DNA of 64,000 nt from an uncultured Acidobacteriota bacterium (GCA_963779415.1 CAVZYA010000001.1:1408001-1472000); one strand, 5' to 3'; shown: positions 1 to 11,814, numbered from the stretch's first letter. The notes: generated from the letters alone by a model not told the origin. Numbers and translations: made by a program.

Positions 1-2
1 AG

Positions 3-1385
3 GCTCCGCCCGGCACGCCCCCTCCGCCGCGGGCGTTCGTCGGCGCCACGCTGATCGACGGAACGGGGGCGCCTCCGGTTGCGGACTCCGTCGTCCTCGT
101 CCGGGGCGGGAAGATCGACTGCGCCGGGAGCCGCAAGGCCTGCCCGGTCCCCGACGGCGTCGCCGTCACCGACCTTCGCGGCGCCTTTCTCACTCCCGGG
201 CTCATCGACTCCCACGTTCACTTCGCGCAGACGGGATGGGCCGACGGACGCCCCGACGCCTTCGACGTCCGCGCGACCCACCCGTACGACGAGGTGGAGA
301 GCGGCCTCCGCGCCCACCCGGAGCGATTCTTCCGGTCGTATCTCTGCTCGGGGGTGACGGCGGTCTTCGACGTCGGCGGCTATCCGTGGTCGCTGGAGCT
401 TCCGGCGCGCGCCGAGAACGACACGCTCGCGCCGCACGTCGCCGCCGCCGGGCCGCTCCTCTCGACGATCGACTTCTGGCTCAACGTCCCCGGCGAGCGG
501 CAGTTTCTCTTTCTCAAAGACGAAGAATCGGCCCGGACCGGCGTGGCGTACCTCGCCTCGCGCGGCGCGCAGGCGGTGAAGGTCTGGTACATCGTGACGA
601 AGGAGCGCCCCGTCGAGGCCTCCGCTCCGGCCGTCCTCGCGGCCGGCGCCGAGGCGAAGAAGCGGGGCCTCCCCCTGATCGTCCACGCGACGGGCCTCGC
701 CGAGGCGAAGGTCGCCCTCCGCGCGGGAGCCTCGCTCCTCGTCCACGGCGTCTTCAGCGAGCCCGTCGACGACGAGTTCCTCGATCTCCTGAAGAAGAGC
801 GGAGCCGTCTATTGCCCGACGATCACCGTCTCCGAGGGGTACGTGAACCTCGCGCGCGCGGCGGCCGCCGGGAAGCCCTTCGTGGCCGACGACCCGAACG
901 GCTGCGTCGACCCGGCGACGCGCGCGCTCCTCGCCGAGACTCCCGCGATCGGCGCCGGCCTCGTCGCGGAGAAGGTGAAGGCGCGCGAGGCGCGCGTCGC
1001 CGAGTCGAAGACGGTCATGGCCGCGAACCTGAAGCGGGTCCGCGACGCGGGACTTCCGATCGCGATGGGAACCGACGCCGGAAACCCGGGGACTCTCCAC
1101 GGCATCTCCGTCTACGCCGAGATGGAGGCGATGCAGGCCGCGGGGATGGCGCCGATGGACGTGCTCGTCAGCGCGACGCGCGTCGGCGCGCGGGCGATGG
1201 GGCGCGAGAAGGAGATCGGGACGATCGAGAAGGGGAAGCTCGCCGATCTCCTCGTCCTCGGCGCCGATCCTTCGGCCGACATCGCGAACGCCCGGAAGGT
1301 GAAGGGAGTCGTCCGCGGCGGCGTCTATCGGACGAGCGACGAGCTGCGCGCGCTCGTTCGGGGCGCGTCGCACCCCGCGCCGTAA
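3..1385 (+). CDS. Amidohydrolase family protein (5' partial)
   Basis: Frame open from window edge; GATLIDGTG, PGLIDSHVH metal motif, GTDAG, GTIEKGKLADLLVL. Confidence 0.9.
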   Translation, partial: APPGTPPPPRAFVGATLIDGTGAPPVADSVVLVRGGKIDCAGSRKACPVPDGVAVTDLRGAFLTPGLIDSHVHFAQTGWADGRPDAFDVRATHPYDEVESGLRAHPERFFRSYLCSGVTAVFDVGGYPWSLELPARAENDTLAPHVAAAGPLLSTIDFWLNVPGERQFLFLKDEESARTGVAYLASRGAQAVKVWYIVTKERPVEASAPAVLAAGAEAKKRGLPLIVHATGLAEAKVALRAGASLLVHGVFSEPVDDEFLDLLKKSGAVYCPTITVSEGYVNLARAAAAGKPFVADDPNGCVDPATRALLAETPAIGAGLVAEKVKAREARVAESKTVMAANLKRVRDAGLPIAMGTDAGNPGTLHGISVYAEMEAMQAAGMAPMDVLVSATRVGARAMGREKEIGTIEKGKLADLLVLGADPSADIANARKVKGVVRGGVYRTSDELRALVRGASHPAP

Positions 1386-1421
1386 CATGACGACACGACG
1401 TCATCTTCACGAGACGGAATC

Positions 1422-1610
1422 ATGAAGAACATCACGGAGCTCGTGTCGTTCGCACTCGCCGCGCTCCTGCTTCTCTACGCAGGCCTGTCGCCGGCCCTTG
1501 AAGGCCGCCCACCCAATGTCGTCTTCCTCAGCCTCGCCGTCCTGTCCGTCGTCCTTTTCATCGCCATGTTGAAGAAGGCCAACCGTGATTCGCGGCCTCG
1601 GAGTCAGTGA
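1422..1610 (+). CDS. Small membrane protein (2 TM)
   Basis: 62-aa ORF, two hydrophobic segments and basic tail. Confidence 0.6.
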   Translation: MKNITELVSFALAALLLLYAGLSPALEGRPPNVVFLSLAVLSVVLFIAMLKKANRDSRPRSQ

Positions 1611-1711
1611 TTCGTTCCGTGGAAGTCCGACCGCTGCGTGTCTTCCCGCAGCGGTGAACGAGCGCACCGAAGAGCCAACCGACTTCTAAACCGACCTCGT
1701 CCGGCCCCGAC

Positions 1712-1740
1712 TTGAAGCGGCGGGCGCGAATGCGTAGGAT
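1712..1740 (+). promoter_or_regulatory. Candidate sigma70 promoter of gltBD
   Basis: TTGAAG-17 bp-TAGGAT, about 110 nt before gltB ATG. Confidence 0.45.
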
Positions 1741-1849
1741 TCGTCGATGGAGACGATCTTCCCTTGCAGGGACCGATGCGCGGCGCGAAAGCGGTTCGCA
1801 TCGAAGGCGTGCCCTCGTCGGAAGATTCCGACCTGCTGACGGGGGTGAG

Positions 1850-4800
1850 ATGACCGCCCCCGGCCTTCCCCCCCGACAGGGTCTCTATGATCCGTCTTTC
1901 GAGCACGACGCCTGCGGGTTCGGCTTCGTCGTCGACCTTTCGGCCCGGCCGTCACACGACATCATCCGCAAGGCGCTCCAGGTCCTCTCGAACCTCGAGC
2001 ACCGGGGCGCCTCGGGGAGCGAGAAGAACAGCGGCGACGGCGCCGGCCTCCTGACGCAGATCCCCCACGCGTTCCTCTCCGCGAAATGCCGCGGCCTCGG
2101 ATTCGCCCTCCCGGAGCCCGGATGCTACGGCGTCGGGACGGTCTTCCTCCCGACCGAGGCTTCGAGCCGCCAGCTCTGCGAGAGGCGCTTCGAAGAGGTC
2201 GCGCGGGAGGAAGGGCTCTCCGTCCTCGGCTGGCGCGACGTCCCGATCGACGACGCGACGCTCGGGCCGACGGCGCGCGGGAGCCGGCCCGTCATCCGGC
2301 AGCTCTTCGTCGCGCGCGGAGAGTCGGCTATGGGCGGCGACGACTTCGAACGGAAGCTCTATGTCGTCCGCCGCCTCGTCGAGAAGGCCGTCAGCCGTTC
2401 GGCGATTCCCGGGCGCGCGGACTTCTACGTCGCGAGCCTGTCGCACCGGACGGTCGTCTACAAGGGAATGCTGAACGCCGACCAGCTCGCGGCGTTCTTT
2501 CCGGACCTCCGGGACGACGGGCTCGCCGCCTCGCTCGCGATGGTCCACTCGCGCTTCTCGACGAACACCTTCCCGAGCTGGTCGCGCGCCCACCCCTACC
2601 GCTACATCTCGCACAACGGCGAGATCAACACGCTGCGCGGAAACGTCAACTGGATGCAGGCCCGGCAGCGGATGTTCTCCTCCCGCCTCTTCGGGGACGA
2701 CCTGATGAAGGTCCTCCCCGTCATCGACGTCGAGGGGTCGGACTCCGCGATGTTCGACAACGTCCTCGAGCTTCTCGTCCTCGCCGGCCGGTCGCTGCCG
2801 CACGCCCTCGCGATGATGATTCCCGAGCCATGGAGCAAGCACGAGTCGATGAGCCCGGAGCTGAAGGCGTTCTACGAGTTCCACTCCTGCTTCATGGAGC
2901 CGTGGGACGGGCCCGCCTCGATCGCCTTCACGGACGGCCGGCGGATCGGCGCCGTCCTCGACCGGAACGGGCTCCGTCCCTCGCGCTGGCTCGAGACGAA
3001 GGACGGGTTCGTCGTCATGGCCTCGGAGGCGGGCGTCCTCGACATCCCCCCCGAGAAGGTGCTCCGGAAGGGGCGCCTCCAGCCGGGCCGGATGTTCCTC
3101 GTCGACCTCGCGGAAGGGCGGATCGTCCCCGACGAAGAGATCAAGAGCGGCCTCGCGAACGCGGCCCCTTACGCCCTCTGGCTGGAGGAGCACCTCGTCC
3201 GGCTGCACGACCTCCCCGAGCCTCCCGACGTCATCGAGCCCGACCACGAGACGGTCCTCCGGCGGCAGGAGACGTTCGGCTACACGCTGGAGGACGTCCG
3301 GCTCGTCATCGACCCGATGGCCGCGAGCGGGACCGAGCCGATCGGCTCGATGGGGACCGACATTCCGCTCGCCGTCCTCTCCGAGCGGCCGCAGCTCCTC
3401 TACGACTACTTCAAGCAGCTCTTCGCGCAGGTGACGAACCCGCCGGTCGACGCGGACCGCGAGACGATCGTCATGGACGTCGATACCGCGATCGGCCCGG
3501 AGGAGAACCTCCTCGAGCCGAGCCCGGCCGCGGCGCTCCACTTCGAGCTGCCGACGCCGGTCCTCCTGAACGTCGAGCTGGAGAAGATCCGCTCCCTCGA
3601 CGGGAAGGAGGGGTCGAAGGGGTTCCGGTCGATCACCCTCCCGATGCTCTTCAAGGTCCACGACGGCGGCAAGGGGCTGCGCAAGGCGATCGAGGATCTC
3701 CGGCGCCGGGCGAGCGAGGCGATCGCCGAGGGGCACAACATCCTGATCCTCTCGGACCGGGGACACGACGAGACCGACGCGCCGATCCCGGCGCTCCTCG
3801 CGCTGGCCGCCGTGCAGCACCACCTGCTGCGCGAAGGGTCGCGGACGCGGGTGGGGCTCGTCCTCGAGAGCGGCGAGCCGCGAGAGGTCCACCACTTCTG
3901 CCTCCTGATCGGCTACGGCGCGAGCGCGATCAACCCGTACCTCGCCTTCGAGACGATCCACGACCAGGTCCGGCAGGGAATCCTCGAGGGGTCCGCCGAG
4001 GAGGCCGAGAAGAGCTTCGTCAAGGCGGTGAACAAGGGGCTCGTGAAGGTCATCTCCAAGATGGGGATCTCCACGGTCCAGAGCTACCACGGGGCGCAGG
4101 TCTTCGAGGCGCTCGGCCTCTCGCAGGACTTCGTCGACGAGTACTTCACCGGGACGCCGACACGGATCGGCGGCATCGGTATTGATGCGATAGCCCGCGA
4201 GGTGCGGCTCCGCCACGAGTGGGCGTATCCGAATCGTCCCGTCTTCCACACGACGCTCGGGACCGGGGGGCCGCTACCAGTACCGGCGCGACGGCGAGGA
4301 CCATCTCAACACTCCCGAAGCCATCCATTTCCTCCAGTCCGCCTGCCGGACCGGGGACTACAAGCTCTTCAAGAAGTACAGCGATCTCGTGAACCGGCAG
4401 GGGAAGCACCCGGTCACCCTCCGGGGGCTGATGGACTTCCGCCCTCTCGCGAAGTCCGTCCCGCTCGAGGAGGTGGATTCCGTCCCGTCGATCCTCGCGC
4501 GCTTCAAGACGGGCGCCATGTCGTACGGCTCCATCAGCCAGGAGGCCCACGAGGCGCTCGCCGTCGCCATGAACCGGATCGGCGGCCGGAGCAACACGGG
4601 CGAAGGGGGCGAGGACCCGGCCCGGTACGAGCCGCTTCTCGGCGGCGACTCGAAGAACAGCGCGATCAAGCAGGTCGCGTCCGGGCGGTTCGGGGTGACG
4701 AGTCAGTACCTCGTCAAGGCCCGCGAGATCCAGATCAAGATGGCGCAGGGGGCCAAGCCCGGCGAAGGGGGACAGCTCCCGGGCCACAAGGTCTATCCGT

Positions 4801-6458
4801 GGATCGCGAAGGTGCGGCACGCGACGCCCGGCGTCGGCCTCATCTCGCCCCCGCCTCACCACGACATCTACTCCATCGAGGATCTCGCCCAGTTGATCCA
4901 CGACCTGAAGAACGCGAACGAGGGGGCGCGGATCAGCGTGAAGCTCGTCGCCGAAGCCGGGGTCGGGACGATCGCGGCCGGCGTGGCGAAGGCGCACGCG
5001 GACGTGATCCTCATCAGCGGCCACGACGGCGGAACGGGGGCCTCGTCCCTCACGAGCATCCAGCACGCCGGAATCCCGTGGGAGCTGGGGCTCGCCGAGG
5101 CGCACCAGGTCCTCGTCCTGAACAACCTCCGGAGCCGTGTCGCGCTGGAGGCCGACGGCCAGCTCAAGACGGGGCGGGACGTCGTCATCGCGGCCCTCCT
5201 CGGCGCCGAGGAGTTCGGCTTCGCGACGGCTCCGCTCATCGCCCTCGGCTGCATCATGATGAGGGCCTGCCACCTGAACACCTGTCCCGTCGGCGTGGCG
5301 ACGCAGGACCCGTACCTCCGGAAGCGCTTCCCCGGCGACCCGCAGCACGTCGTCAACTTCATGACCTTCGTCGCCATGGAGGTCCGGGAGCTGATGGCGC
5401 ACCTCGGCTACACCTCCTTCGACAAGATGGTCGGGCGGAGCGAGCGGATCGAGATGCGCCGCGCCGTCGACCACTGGAAGGCGAGGAACCTCGACTTCTC
5501 CCGGATCCTCTTCAAGCCGAGCGTTCCGAAGGACGTGAAGCGGACCTTCCGGTTCCCGCAGGAGCACGGCCTCGAGGAGGCGCTCGACCGGACGACCCTG
5601 ATCCCTCTCTGCCGCCCCGCCCTCGAGAACCGGACCCCGGTCTCGGCGACCCTCCCGATCCAGAACGGAAACCGGGTCGTCGGGACGATGCTCGGGAGCG
5701 AGCTGACGAGACGGTGGGGGGCGGAGGGGCTTCCGGACGACACGATCCGCCTCAGGTTCCAGGGGTCGGCCGGACAGAGCTTCGGCGCGTTCATCCCGCG
5801 CGGAATCACGCTCCTTCTGGAAGGGGACGCGAACGACTACATCGGCAAGGGGATCTCGGGGGGGAAGATCGTCGTCGTCCCTCCCGCCGGCAGTACCTTC
5901 GTTCCCGAAGACAACGTCATCATCGGGAACGTCGCGTTCTACGGCGGCACGGCGGGGGAGGCGTTCGTCCGGGGGGTCGCGGGAGAGCGTTTCTGCGTCC
6001 GCAACAGCGGCGTCACCGCCGTCGTCGAGGCGATCGGCGACCACGGCTGCGAGTACATGACCGGCGGGCAGGTCGTCGTCCTAGGGGCCACCGGCCGGAA
6101 CTTCGGGGCCGGGATGTCGGGGGGCGTGGCGTGGGTGCTGGATGAGAAGGGCGACTTCGCGATGCGCTGCAACACGGAGCTCGTCAGTCTCTCCGCGGTG
6201 TCGGACTCCACGGCGGAGGGGATTCTCAAAGAGCTGGTCCGCCGGCACGCCGCGGCGACGCAGAGCGCGCGGGCGAAGAGGATGCTCGAGGAGTGGGACG
6301 CCTGGCTCGGGAAGTTCGTCCAGGTCCTCCCGAACGACTACCGGCGCGTCCTCGAGGCGCAGGCCCGGATGCGCGAGCGCGGGCTCCCGGAGGACGAAGC
6401 CGTCCTCGCGGCGTTCGAGGAGAACGCGCGAAGCCCCGTCCGGGTGAGCGGGAGCTGA
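1850..6458 (+). CDS. gltB: Glutamate synthase large subunit, one frameshift in G6 run at 4265-4270
   Basis: EHDACG N-terminus, [36 protein letters not shown]; deleting one G restores [11 protein letters not shown] and joins ORFs 1712..6145 and 4389..6458. Confidence 0.95.
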
Positions 6459-6460
6459 AG

Positions 6461-7948
6461 ATGGGCAAGCTGACCGGATTTCTCGAGTACCGGCGCGAGT
6501 CCCCCGCCTCCCGCAAGCCCGAGGAGCGGGTGAACGACTGGGAAGAGACGCACCTCCACGTCCCCGAGGAGACCCTCCGCCGGCAGGGGGCGCGCTGCAT
6601 GGACTGCGGGACGCCCTTTTGCCACACCGGAAAGCTCATCGGCGGGATGGCCTCCGGCTGCCCCGTCCACAACCTGATCCCGGACTGGAACGACCTGATC
6701 TGGCGCGGCCAGTGGAAGGAGGCGGCCATCCGCCTCCACCAGACGAACAACTTCCCCGAGTTCACGGGGCGCGTCTGTCCCGCTCCGTGCGAAGGCTCCT
6801 GCACGGTCGGCCTCGACGGCGACCCCGTAACGATCAAGTCGATCGAGATGGAGATCGCCGACCGCGCCTTCGAGGAGGGATGGGTCGACGCGGGGGTCCC
6901 CGCGACGCGGACCGGGAAGAAGGTCGCGATCGTCGGCTCCGGCCCGGCGGGGCTCGCGGCCGCCTCGCAGCTGAACCGGGCCGGGCACACCGTCACCGTC
7001 TTCGAGCGGGCCGACAGGGTCGGCGGCCTCCTGATGTACGGCATTCCGAACATGAAGCTCGAAAAGAAGCTCGTCGAGCGGCGCGTCCGGCTGATGGCCG
7101 ACGCGGGGATCCGCTTCGTCACGGGGGTCGAGATCGGGCGCGACGTCCCGTCGCAGAGCCTCCTTTCCGACTGGGACGCCGCCGTCCTCTGCTGCGGCGC
7201 CGCCCAGGCGCGGGAGCTTCCGATCGAGGGAAGGAGCCTCTCCGGCATCCACCTCGCGATGGAGTTCCTCCACGCGAACACGAAGAGCTTCCTCGACTCC
7301 GGCCACGCCGACGGCGAGTTCATCAGCGCGAAAGGCAAGCAAGTCGTCGTGATCGGCGGCGGCGACACCGGGACCGACTGCGTCGGGACGGTCCTGCGCC
7401 ACGGCGCGGAGAGCATCGTCCAGCTCGAGATCCTCCCCCGCCCGCCCGAGAGGCGCGCCCCCGACAACCCGTGGCCGCAGTGGCCGAAGACCTACAGGCT
7501 CGACTACGGGCAGGAGGAGGCGGCCGCGCTGCAGGGCTCGGACCCGCGCCTCTACTCCATCCAGACGAGGCGCTTCGTCGGCGACGCGGAAGGACGCGTC
7601 CAGGAGGTTCACACCGTCGACATCGACTGGCGGCGCGACGCCGAGGGGCGGATCCACCTCGTCGAGATCCCGGGGAGCGAGCGCGTCTTCCCGGCCGAGC
7701 TGGTCCTCCTCGCCCTCGGCTTCCTCGGCCCCGAGAGGAAGGGGCCCATCCTCGACCTCGGCGTCAAGCTCGACGAGCGCGGCAACGTCGTCGTCGACGG
7801 CGAGCGGATGACCAGCGTCCCCGGCCTCTTCGCCGCCGGCGACATGGTCCGCGGCCAGTCCCTCGTCGTCTGGGCCATCGAGGAAGGCCGCAAGGCCGCC
7901 CGCGGCGTCGACAAGTACCTGATGTACGGGGAGACCTACCTCCCCTGA
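6461..7948 (+). CDS. gltD: Glutamate synthase small subunit
   Basis: [52 protein letters not shown]. Confidence 0.96.
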   Translation: MGKLTGFLEYRRESPASRKPEERVNDWEETHLHVPEETLRRQGARCMDCGTPFCHTGKLIGGMASGCPVHNLIPDWNDLIWRGQWKEAAIRLHQTNNFPEFTGRVCPAPCEGSCTVGLDGDPVTIKSIEMEIADRAFEEGWVDAGVPATRTGKKVAIVGSGPAGLAAASQLNRAGHTVTVFERADRVGGLLMYGIPNMKLEKKLVERRVRLMADAGIRFVTGVEIGRDVPSQSLLSDWDAAVLCCGAAQARELPIEGRSLSGIHLAMEFLHANTKSFLDSGHADGEFISAKGKQVVVIGGGDTGTDCVGTVLRHGAESIVQLEILPRPPERRAPDNPWPQWPKTYRLDYGQEEAAALQGSDPRLYSIQTRRFVGDAEGRVQEVHTVDIDWRRDAEGRIHLVEIPGSERVFPAELVLLALGFLGPERKGPILDLGVKLDERGNVVVDGERMTSVPGLFAAGDMVRGQSLVVWAIEEGRKAARGVDKYLMYGETYLP

Positions 7949-7998
7949 CCGACCCGTTCTCATCTCTCCGAGGCAAGAGCCGTAAGATAAGGGCTGCC

Positions 7999-8256
7999 AT
8001 GAGTCGAGCCGCTGCGAGAAAGCCTCGAGCCTCCGTGAGCGAAACCGCACTAGATCGAGCTCTCCACGGCGAGCGGGTCGTCCTGCGTCAGGGGAACAGG
8101 GCTGTTGCCGCCGTCGTCCCCATCGCGGACCTCCGGCGGCTGCAGAAGCTCGAAGACGAACAGGACCTCAAGGACATCCGCTCCGCGCGCCTCGAGATGA
8201 AGCGGAAGGGGACGGTCCCCTGGGAAAAGGTCAAGACGGACCTCGGGCTGAAGTAG
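7999..8256 (+). CDS. Type II antitoxin (Phd/YefM-like)
   Basis: 85 aa, GERVVLRQGNRAVAAVVP, C-terminal VPWEKVKTDLGL; directly upstream of RelE-like gene. Confidence 0.8.
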   Translation: MSRAAARKPRASVSETALDRALHGERVVLRQGNRAVAAVVPIADLRRLQKLEDEQDLKDIRSARLEMKRKGTVPWEKVKTDLGLK

Positions 8257-8259
8257 TTC

Positions 8260-8520
8260 GTGGCGGCCTACCGGCTGGAACTCTCACCCCGGGCCATCCG
8301 TGACCTGAAGAAGCTCCCTCCCCAGGTCCAAGTCCGCCTGAAAGGGCACATCGACGCTCTCGCAGCGAACCCGCGTCCGCGCGGCATCTCGAAGCTCAAA
8401 AACGACGTTAACGCCTACCGCATCCGCGTCGGCGACTACCGCGTCCTCTTCGAGATTCACGACCCGGTGCTTCTGGTGATCGTCCTGAAGATCGCCGATC
8501 GAAAGGAGGCCTATCGGTGA
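8260..8520 (+). CDS. Type II toxin, RelE/ParE family
   Basis: 86 aa, NPRPRGISKL, YRIRVGDYRVLFEI, DRKEAYR. Confidence 0.9.
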   Translation: MAAYRLELSPRAIRDLKKLPPQVQVRLKGHIDALAANPRPRGISKLKNDVNAYRIRVGDYRVLFEIHDPVLLVIVLKIADRKEAYR

Positions 8521-8556
8521 GCACCCGACAGCGCCTCGCGGTCGTCAATGTCCAGC

Positions 8557-8608
8557 AGCAGAGTACCGATCATGGACCTGACCCAATCGTCCGTGACCCT
8601 ATCGTCCG
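8557..8608 (+). repeat. 28-bp dispersed motif, copy 1, with 15-bp tandem duplication
   Basis: AGCAGAGTACCGATCATGGACCTGACCC (8557-8584); TGACCCWATCGTCCG at 8579-8593 and 8594-8608. Confidence 0.75.
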
Positions 8609-8693
8609 CGTCGTCTGGGCCATCGAGGAAGGCCGCAAAGCCGCCCAAGGCGTCGACAAGAACCTCATGTACGGGGAGACATATCTGGCGTGA
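8609..8693 (+). repeat. Diverged direct-repeat copy of gltD 3' end
   Basis: Aligns with 7864-7948; encodes [27 protein letters not shown] versus [27 protein letters not shown]. Confidence 0.92.
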
Positions 8694-8735
8694 GGAGCTG
8701 ACTTGTTGAGGACTCGGCCACTGAATCGCAACTTA

Positions 8736-8805
8736 GCAGACCTGACCCTACAAGCTACAAGTTTGCAGACCTGACCCTACAAGCTCTCTGACCCTACAAG
8801 CTCTC
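8736..8805 (+). repeat. Tandem array of motif core
   Basis: GCAGACCTGACCCTACAAGCT at 8736 and 8765; TGACCCTACAAGCTCTC at 8772-8788 and 8789-8805. Confidence 0.9.
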
Positions 8806-8822
8806 TCCGGCGGCCGCTGGCC

Positions 8823-9848
8823 CTAGTTGCAGTCGCACGCGGGGAGAGGGCGCCTCAGGGTGCCGCCAGTCCAGCTCGTCCGGCTGACCCCTTTGCCTCG
8901 CCTCATCTCCCGTCCCATCAACTTGACGGCGCAGCCGGATGCGTCCCTCCCGAACCAGAGCGTGTACATGGCCCCCTCCGGGCACCCGACGTAGAGCGTC
9001 GTCCACGCCTCCTCGCCCGCCAGAAGGTCCGCCAGGCTCTCTTTCACGGCAGACCGGGCTTGCTCCGGTTCTTCGCCTTTCGCGGCCAGAATCGCCACCG
9101 TCTGCTCCTCGAGCTCCGCGGCGCAGTCCGGCTTCCGCAGGTCGACTCCCTGGTCGTACCACGCCTCCGGAGGCCGGCCCGGCCCGGCTGAACAGTCCTC
9201 GGCCGCGGGATCGAGGAGCAGCGCCACCGAATCCTGCCGTTCCCAGGAACCGGAGGCCATGTCCCCCCGCTTCAGATCGCCACTCGCCCTGAAGCTGTCC
9301 GTCATGACGAGCCGCCCGTCGGCGAGCCGGAAGAGGCGGCTCTCGCGGTGCCGGCCGCCAAGATAGAGACTAGGCGAGTAGGAATCCGAATGGAGGATCC
9401 CGGCGAGGACGAGGCCCAGGACATTGCCCACAACATTGATACCGATCATCGCGCCGACGTTCGGGCGGACCTCCTTCCACGGGACGACGAGGGCACCTTC
9501 CTTCCAGCCTGCCTTGAACCTCGCCGGCAGGAAGGCCTCCTGGACCTCGACGCCGTCGCGGTTCGTGTATGTGAAGGAGACCCGCTCGGCCGTCGCCTCG
9601 ACGGAGACCTTCGTCGGCTCCCCGAGGGCCTCGACGTCGAGGAAGGGGATCAGCTTCGGATCTCGCCGGAAGGTCCGGAGATTGAAGTCGGGGCCGAAGT
9701 AGCAGAAGTCGCCGGAGAGCTGCTCGACGGTGGCCGCCTCTTTCGGCGAGGGAGGGATGAGATTCGGGGGCGGAGCGTCGGATGCACAGCCCGCCAGGGA
9801 AAGGGCCAGCAAGCAGCCGGCCGAAACGAGGCGGCGAGAGGTCATCAT
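8823..9848 (-). CDS. Hypothetical lipoprotein
   Basis: Signal peptide with LAGC lipobox; no family recognised. Confidence 0.75.
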   Translation of the reverse strand: MMTSRRLVSAGCLLALSLAGCASDAPPPNLIPPSPKEAATVEQLSGDFCYFGPDFNLRTFRRDPKLIPFLDVEALGEPTKVSVEATAERVSFTYTNRDGVEVQEAFLPARFKAGWKEGALVVPWKEVRPNVGAMIGINVVGNVLGLVLAGILHSDSYSPSLYLGGRHRESRLFRLADGRLVMTDSFRASGDLKRGDMASGSWERQDSVALLLDPAAEDCSAGPGRPPEAWYDQGVDLRKPDCAAELEEQTVAILAAKGEEPEQARSAVKESLADLLAGEEAWTTLYVGCPEGAMYTLWFGRDASGCAVKLMGREMRRGKGVSRTSWTGGTLRRPLPACDCN

Positions 9849-10137
9849 TCACCTCCCCTCTCCCGATCGTCTCGGGGAAGGATTCGCCCGGCCCGCCGGA
9901 CGGAACCCCGGGCCTCTTGGGCGCCGCCGGCTCGCCGGACACTTCCAACGTAGCCTCCCGACGGCGCTGAATCCTCAGGATTTCGCAGGGTTTTTCCGGG
10001 ACCCGGGCCGTACCGCCGCCAGACGAAAAGTGGATCAGGCCTCGTTCCTGCATTCCGTTGACGTGACTTGCTCGACCCCCGGGATCGACGATCTTCACGA
10101 CCAGAGCGGCCGGGGGCAGCAACTATCATGGAACCCG

Positions 10138-10518
10138 ATGGCGGCCAAGCCGGAAAGTTCGTACCGGAAGATCTGGGCGGTCGTTTCGAAGATCCCGCGC
10201 GGCCGCGTCGCGACCTACGGACAGATCGCCCGGATGGCGGGCCTGCCGAACCATGCGCGCCTCGCGGGGTACGCGCTCCACGGCCTTCCCGCGGCGAGCC
10301 CCGTCCCGTGGCACCGCGTCGTGAACGCGAAGGGCGAGGTGAGTCCGCGCCGTGACGGCTCCGGCCACGACCGACTTCAGCGCGTGATGCTCGAGAGGGA
10401 GAAGGTCCGCTTCGACCCGAAGGGCCGAATCGACCTTGCCGCGCATCGCTGGCGGCCGGCCGACGGGCATTCGTTCCGCCTGGGGTCGGCATCTGTCTTG
10501 AAGGTCAAGGATCGGTGA
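10138..10518 (+). CDS. Alkyltransferase-like protein (ATL, MGMT family)
   Basis: IPRGRVATYGQIA and PWHRVV (Trp replaces catalytic Cys). Confidence 0.9.
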   Translation: MAAKPESSYRKIWAVVSKIPRGRVATYGQIARMAGLPNHARLAGYALHGLPAASPVPWHRVVNAKGEVSPRRDGSGHDRLQRVMLEREKVRFDPKGRIDLAAHRWRPADGHSFRLGSASVLKVKDR

Positions 10519-10617
10519 CAGGCAAGGTTATCGGGGCCAAGCCGGCGCCTCGAATCACACCTTGGCAGACATGACCTCGATGGCTCAGGGATCGCCTCAA
10601 GCCATAATTGCTGGGAC

Positions 10618-11175
10618 ATGGACAGAGACACCGTGCGCCAGCTGGTCTTCATTGCGATCTTTTCCTCTTTCGCATCGAGAGCCGCGGGACAGGCCCAGCC
10701 GTCACCCGCGCCGACGCCGGACCCGACCGCGCCCCTTCGAGAGGAGGTGCAGCGGCTTCAGAAGGAAGTCGATTCCCTCGAGGCCAGGCTGCGCGAATGT
10801 TCTTCGAGCGCGCCTGCCCCGGCCGCCCTCCCGACCGCGCTCGAGATCGCCGAGTTCCGGTATCAGGAAGCGCTCGCCGCCGTGAAGGCCATCGAACAGG
10901 TCATCGGCGACCCGTACTCGAAATTCCACCGCCGTTACATCGAGGCCAAGGTGAAGATGGATGGGCTTTCGGGCTCGGGACCTCGCGAAGAGGGTCTCCG
11001 GAAGGTCATGCAGATCTTCGAAAAAGCCGATTACAAGATGAGCCTGGGGAGTGGAAACCCAAGCTCCTATGGCATGCAAGCCGGAATTGAACTCTGCGTT
11101 CGAGCACAGGCCGCGCTCGCCTCTCTGGTCGCCGCGCAGCCGAAGACAGCGGCACCCACGCAGACGACGCATTAG
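10618..11175 (+). CDS. Hypothetical secreted protein with coiled coil
   Basis: Signal-like N-terminus, Pro linker, LREEVQRLQKEVDSLEARL. Confidence 0.65.
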   Translation: MDRDTVRQLVFIAIFSSFASRAAGQAQPSPAPTPDPTAPLREEVQRLQKEVDSLEARLRECSSSAPAPAALPTALEIAEFRYQEALAAVKAIEQVIGDPYSKFHRRYIEAKVKMDGLSGSGPREEGLRKVMQIFEKADYKMSLGSGNPSSYGMQAGIELCVRAQAALASLVAAQPKTAAPTQTTH

Positions 11176-11235
11176 GAGTCGGGGCCGGCAGGTCTGACTC
11201 TCTCCGGCACAAGACCAGGTTCCTTCAGAAGCGAT

Positions 11236-11754
11236 TCAGGGACCGCTCTTGCCGCCGCTCCAGTCTTCTCGCGCGCCGGGGGGGAGTGAATCCATATGCT
11301 TCAGGAAGAGCGTCAGCTGCCAGATCTCCCCGTCGGAGAGGGAGTGGCCGTACGCCGGCATGCCGGTGAAGCGGATGCCGTGCGTGATCTTCCAGTGCGT
11401 CGTCGCCTCCGGATCGTCCTCGACGCCGTGCTTCGCCAGTTGCGGCGGGTCGGGCGTCAGGCCCTTCGCGATCGAAGAGGCCACGCCGTCGGGGCCGCCG
11501 TGACAGGTCCGACAATGCATGTTGTAGAGCATGATGCCCGCCGAGAAGTTCTCGGCGGTCGGCGGCAGCGGGTCGGTCACTCCTTTCGTCTGCCGGCCGA
11601 TCGCCGCCCGAAGCGACGCCTTTGCAACCCACCTCTCGAGCCTTCCCGGTTTCACGTCCTGTCCCATCGGCATGGCGCCGCCGGTGACGAAGAAGTAGGC
11701 GCCGGCGAGAGCCGCAACGATCGTGAGGAAGATCCCGAGAACAAATCCCTTCAT
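11236..11754 (-). CDS. Membrane-anchored c-type cytochrome
   Basis: N-terminal TM, CRTCHG heme motif, HGIRFTGMPAY. Confidence 0.9.
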   Translation of the reverse strand: MKGFVLGIFLTIVAALAGAYFFVTGGAMPMGQDVKPGRLERWVAKASLRAAIGRQTKGVTDPLPPTAENFSAGIMLYNMHCRTCHGGPDGVASSIAKGLTPDPPQLAKHGVEDDPEATTHWKITHGIRFTGMPAYGHSLSDGEIWQLTLFLKHMDSLPPGAREDWSGGKSGP

Positions 11755-11814
11755 CCCGGACCCCCTTTCAAAACCTCTCGTCGGGCATCATATCGTTCAG
11801 CCTCGAAGGTCTCG

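Noticed and set aside
4261-4275. Programmed frameshift or phase variation in gltB
   Set aside because: Single extra G in a G6 run of an otherwise intact gene; most likely a homopolymer sequencing error
8736-8805. CRISPR array
   Set aside because: Units are adjacent with no unique spacers, and no cas genes are present
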